From assembly GCF_041146345.1 (NCBI RefSeq), contig NW_027191404.1, forward strand, positions 1,054,001 to 1,118,000: a stretch of DNA of 64,000 bases. The letters run 5' to 3'. Made by a program: the position numbers and the translations under genes. The notes under the pieces are model-generated. The model was given only the letters and a program-made list of their open reading frames with translations. It had not been told where the DNA came from and ran no database searches. Positions 59,381 to 64,000 of the stretch are shown piece after piece (position 1 is the stretch's first letter; the number at the start of each line of letters is the position of its first letter). This stretch comes from Neodothiora populina. Its lineage: Eukaryota.

Positions 59381-61681
59381 ATGGACGGAAGTGTGGGCAG
59401 CTCGAACAATTCGAGCGACTTCGTATGTCTAAACCTCCAGCGCGATCGCGTATTCATACTGACTAGTTAACTAGGTTCGCAAACTCTACAAGTGCGTATA
59501 AATGGTTGGCGCGAAGTCGGCAACACGATGAGACTAACGTGTGCTCAAAGAATGCTGGAAAATCCACAAGACGAGAGTGTTGTGAGGTGGGGCAATGAGG
59601 GTGACAGCTTCGTCGTGCTCGAGGTAAGACCCGGCAATCGAAGGCGCATATCGGTCGCGCGTGGCTGACCGCTGTGTCTGCAGAATGAAAAATTCACAAA
59701 GCATATATTGCCAAAGCATTTCAAACACAGCAACTTTGCAAGTTTTGTACGACAACTAAACAAGTACGACTTCCACAAAGTGCGCCACAACAACGAGGAG
59801 AATGGACAATCGCCGTATGGCGCAGGTGTAAGTCAATATATAGAGTGACTATCCCGCGATGTGTTGATGGGTCATTGACAACTATGACAGGCCTGGGAAT
59901 TTAAACACCCGGATTTCAAGGCAAACAACAAAGATGCTTTGGACAACATTCGACGCAAAGCGCCTGCACCGCGAAAGCCTAACAGTATCATGGATGAGAT
60001 GGTTCCGGTGCAGCAAATGGACTTGGTAAACACACAGCTCGTGGCCACCCAGCAACAACTGCAGCAAATGCAAGAGCGCTACAATGAATTGAGCATGCAC
60101 CACTCAATGTTGCTGCAAGAGTTAATAGGCGTGCAAAAGACTGTTGTCAATCACGAGCATGTCATGCAGTACGTCATGAATTTCCTGCAGAATCTGGATG
60201 CACAGAGAAGACGAGAGAGCAAGGTCGCGAACCCTTTTGCGGCTCAAGCAGCTGCCGCAGGCTCTCAAAGCGGCAAGCAGACTCCCCAGCTACTGGATGA
60301 TGATACCCCTGCCTCACCGTTACAAAACGCAGCCAAGCTTCTTTCAGAAGTCAATGCAGATCACATCTTGAACCCACGAAACCTAGAGCAGATGAACGAA
60401 GTCTCGATGCGCATGAATTCAGCATACACGACGCCTCCGCCGGGCGTGGATGGGAGAAACGGAACCAGATCTTCCAGCAGGGGCAATGGGCCTCAGTCGG
60501 CGACATCGTCGACTTCCATGTCGTACGGAGAATTGGACAACCTAGTCTATCCTGTGGGGCAGACCAACGGCATTGATCCGATGCATCCCGAGTACATGGC
60601 CAATATTCCTTTCCCGATGCCAAACAGCAAATCTGCAGAGGCAGGCCAAGGACCAGCGACAGCGCCGGCTCCCCCCACCGATGGACGTAAGAAGAGCATG
60701 CAATACGACCCAGGCTGGTCGAGACAACCGCGCATTCTGCTTGTTGAAGATGATCCAACATGTAGACGCATTGGAGGCAAATTCCTATACGCATTCCACT
60801 GTAGTGTGGACAGTGCGGTAAGTCCGACCGATCGGTGCCTGCTCAATGACTGTACACTGACATGAGTAATAGCTTGATGGCCTGGAGGCTGTAAACAAGA
60901 TGAACGCTGGATCTAAATATGATCTAGTGTTAATGGATATCATCATGCCAAATCTGGACGGCGTATCTGCCTGCCACCTTATCAGACAGTTCGACAACAC
61001 GCCGATCATCGCCATGACTTCAAATATTCGTAGTGACGACATCTCGATGTACTTCCAACATGGTACGTGATTTTGAACTTTCCGGTGATTGGGGTAAATG
61101 CTGACTCAAATTTAGGCATGAACGATGTTCTTCCAAAACCCTTCACAAAGGAAGGTCTGGTACAAATGCTCGAAAAGCATCTAGGACATCTCAAGAAGCA
61201 CCCCAATGCGCTGGATGGCATGGGAGCGCCCCCTCCACCCACCTTGGCTCAAGTCGCGGCCAAAAACTCGTTGAAGAGCGAAGACTCTCCTGCAACATCA
61301 CCAGCTGGTGTGAGTAATTGGACTTCCCCAGGCAATACCCTCGGCGTATCACCGGCGAGCAGCAGTGTCACAGCAGATGAATACATGATGACGGCACAGC
61401 AAGGACCCCCTGGTCCTTACAGCTTGCAGCCCCCACAACTAGCCTATGGTCCTCTTGCGAGAGGACCTCCAGCCCGACCTCCGGGCCCTCCTCAAGGGCC
61501 CCATAGACGGCAGATATCAGACATATCGGGCGGGCCTGGCGACCTCGGCAGCGATATAAAGAGACAGCATTTGTATCCGCATGGGCCTCCTGTGGGAATC
61601 CCACCACACATGGCACCTCCAATGGCGATGGGCCAGCCAATGCCGAACCCGATGAACCCCATGCCCCGACGTGTTGGTTGA
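59381..61681 (+). CDS. SKN7: Skn7/Prr1/SrrA response regulator (HSF DNA-binding domain plus receiver domain)
   Basis: [37 protein letters not shown], coiled coil, [18 protein letters not shown] (phospho-Asp), IIAMT, LPKPF. Six introns. Confidence 0.96.
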
Positions 61682-62410
61682 AGAAGTGATCATGAAATGG
61701 AGACGTGATATACATAACGATATGACAACAATCCAGCTGGCGATGCGAGGTCATCCACCGGTCTCGAGTGATGTTGAAAGACCTCGCGACATGCTTGAAT
61801 AATGACCCCTGATAGTCTTGTTAGGTCTGTATCAGGACGCGGAGCAGCATTCTTCTGGAGTGTAGGTCAAGGCTTCGCCAGCTTGGATAAAGGAGAATTT
61901 TCTTGCAGAAATAATACGAGTATGAGACTTTGTATATAGGATGGTGGGACAGCATATATTGCTTTATGTTGCAGACCATGAGGACGGAGAGATGGATATA
62001 TGGATATGAAGAGGGATGAAGATTTACCACAACCAGGATCACCTTGTGCTATAGATACAGTGTTTCAAACAGCAGAATGCCGATTGAACCAGCCTACGAT
62101 CTGTCCGCAGCACCGCATCATTGATAGCAACGCTTAGGAAAGTCCTTTGATTATATCACAATAGTGGTTGAGGAGAACATGGTATATGGGACTGTAGGTG
62201 AGAAACAAAGTCTTGGCAGTGACCGCATGGATGGTTTGGAGGGGAACAGACTGACTCACAAAAGTTTCCCACATAGTAAATGTTACCTGAATCTAAGGCA
62301 TGTATGCAGTGCAGAATTACACCCAACATATCACCATAGTCGATTCTTGATAGTAGAGAAAGACAGTATCTGGCATTCCTTCGCTTCGTTCGTCGTTTCT
62401 CTTGCCCTCC

Positions 62411-64000
62411 ATGGCACCCAAAGGCAAGAAATCGGATGGCCACTCCAAGCAGCGCGAAGAGGAAGTCGAGGAGCCTCTTCAGGCCGTGGTAAGTGTCAAC
62501 TCACTACTCTATAATAGTAGGCAGACATGAGTGCAGTCTATGCTAATAGCTTCAGATCCTCGCCGACTCTTTCGAGACCCGGTTCAGTCCCTTCAATCTC
62601 GAACGACCTCGCGTAAGTCCCTCCTCCGGAAGAGCAAGACATGGCGCAATGCTCAGGACAGCATTTTGACTGATCATCTCAGTGCCTCATCCCTCTGGCG
62701 AATACGCCGTTGATAGAATATACATTCGAGTTTCTTGCAAACGCCGGTGTCGAAGAGGTTTTCGTTTACTGCGGTGCTCAATGGGAGCAAGTTCAGGAAT
62801 ACATCGAGTAAGAACGCCACCATGCACTGTAGCATTACCTCCGTAGCAGAGCGCAACACTTACAGTACGCGACACAGGCACACAAAATGGAAGTCGTCGG
62901 TATCTCCCTTCTCCAGGGTGGAAATACTCCACAGCAGCTCTTCCTCTATCGGCGATGCAATGCGTGACCTGGATGCGCGCGCGATTCTGGCCAATGATTT
63001 CCTCGTTGTCTATGGAGACATCATCTCCAACCTACCCATCGACGGCGCCATGGCGGCTCATCGTCGACGTCGTCAGAAGGATAAAAACGCAATCATGACC
63101 ATGGTGCTGCGCGAGGCAGGAACGAGACACCGAACCAAGAGCCAGGACATCACCCCGGTCTTTGTCATCGACCCTACCAAAGACAGATGCGTCCATTACG
63201 AGCAGATGCGTCCCCACCAGACCAGCCGCTTCGTCAACATCGACCCCGACATTCTGAAAGAGCACGCTGAGATTGAGGTGCGCCAGGACCTGATTGACTG
63301 TGGAATCGATATCTGCACCCCTGATGTGCTCGCATTGTGGTCTGACAACTTCGACTACGAATATCCCCGAAAAGGCTTCTTGCACTCGGTGCTGAAGGAC
63401 TACGAGCTGAACGGCAAAACCATCCACACGCACATTGTCAACGATCATTACGCAGCCCGAGTAAAGAATCTTAGTGCATACGGAGCCGTCAGCAGGGACA
63501 TCATGGGCCGATGGGCCTACCCGATCTGCCCCGACAGCAATCTAGTAAGAGATCAGACATACAGACTCCTGAAGGGCAATGTGTATAGAGAAGAGGGAGT
63601 CGTGCTGGCTCGCTCCTGTCACATTGGCAAGAAGACGGTCATAGGTCGAGCGACGGCCATCGGAGACGGCAGTGTTGTCAGCAACAGCGTCATCGGCAGA
63701 AGGTGCGTTATCGGAAGAAACGTCAAGATCGACGGCGCATACATCTGGGACGATGCCTTTATCGGTGACGGATCAGTGATTCAGGATGCGATTATTGCAA
63801 ATGAGGCATCTGTGGGCAAGAGATGCAAGATCATGCCCGGCGCATTGTTGTCGTACGGAGTGCACATAGCTGATGGCATGACGGTCAAGGAGGGCAGCAG
63901 GATCACGCAAAAGAAACGAGTGGCAGGATACGAGGAGGACGAGATCGTCAGCGGTGACAACGACCTCAAGCTTGTCGGACAAAATGGCACAGGTTTCGAG
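62411..64000 (+). CDS. GCD6: Translation initiation factor eIF2B epsilon subunit, 3' end runs off the window
   Basis: EEPLQAV|ILADSFETRFSPF, PR|CLIPLANTPLIEYTFEFL, SIGDAMRDLD, DLIDCGIDIC, DNFDY, RWAYPICPD, then hexapeptide beta-helix repeats. Confidence 0.95.

Noticed and set aside
62859..62877. Two in-frame CAG acceptors 12 nt apart in eIF2B-epsilon intron 3
   Set aside because: A common arrangement; nothing in the sequence shows that both are used.
1..64000. CRISPR array, tRNA/rRNA genes, intact transposon or RIP-mutated TE block
   Set aside because: No repeat-spacer array, no recognisable RNA gene, no transposase/RT/integrase motif and no extended AT-rich block seen by eye. Small ncRNAs could be missed without covariance models.

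Overview
Gene-dense eukaryotic DNA from a filamentous ascomycete (Pezizomycotina; probably a Dothideomycete/Mycosphaerellales-like fungus, which is inference). Short GT-AG introns with CTRAC branch points split most genes, so the ORF track fragments or misses them. I can support 26 protein-coding genes (two truncated by the window edges): an ASST-family sulfotransferase-like protein, GT8, Bli-3, a BRCT protein, a 2OG-Fe(II) oxygenase, TM9SF/Emp70, NCS1/frequenin, an FLC/spray TRP-like channel, arylamine N-acetyltransferase, GH128, a DAP ammonia-lyase-like PLP enzyme, an SLC35 transporter, Nab2, tyrosinase, Ssr4, an F-box-like protein, PPO/Hem14, Utp18, a Tda3-like oxidoreductase, a Ure2-class GST, Con-6, a MOSC protein, a patatin-like protein, a Prx5-type peroxiredoxin, Skn7 and eIF2B-epsilon. 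I found no tRNA, rRNA, CRISPR array, intact transposon or secondary-metabolite backbone gene. I cannot claim a complete new system. The best leads are regulatory: (1) a recurrent non-coding TACCTTA motif, with an exact 14-mer present three times upstream of SKN7 and NCS1; (2) GATCGA clusters upstream of both light-induced-gene homologues (bli-3, con-6); (3) a shared AGGGCAYGTAAG internal splice-donor/hairpin element in the long first introns of NCS1 and the peroxiredoxin; (4) a highly structured GST intron; (5) a mitochondrial-type N-extension on Bli-3; (6) two enzymes with altered catalytic residues. All coordinates and counts were read by eye.
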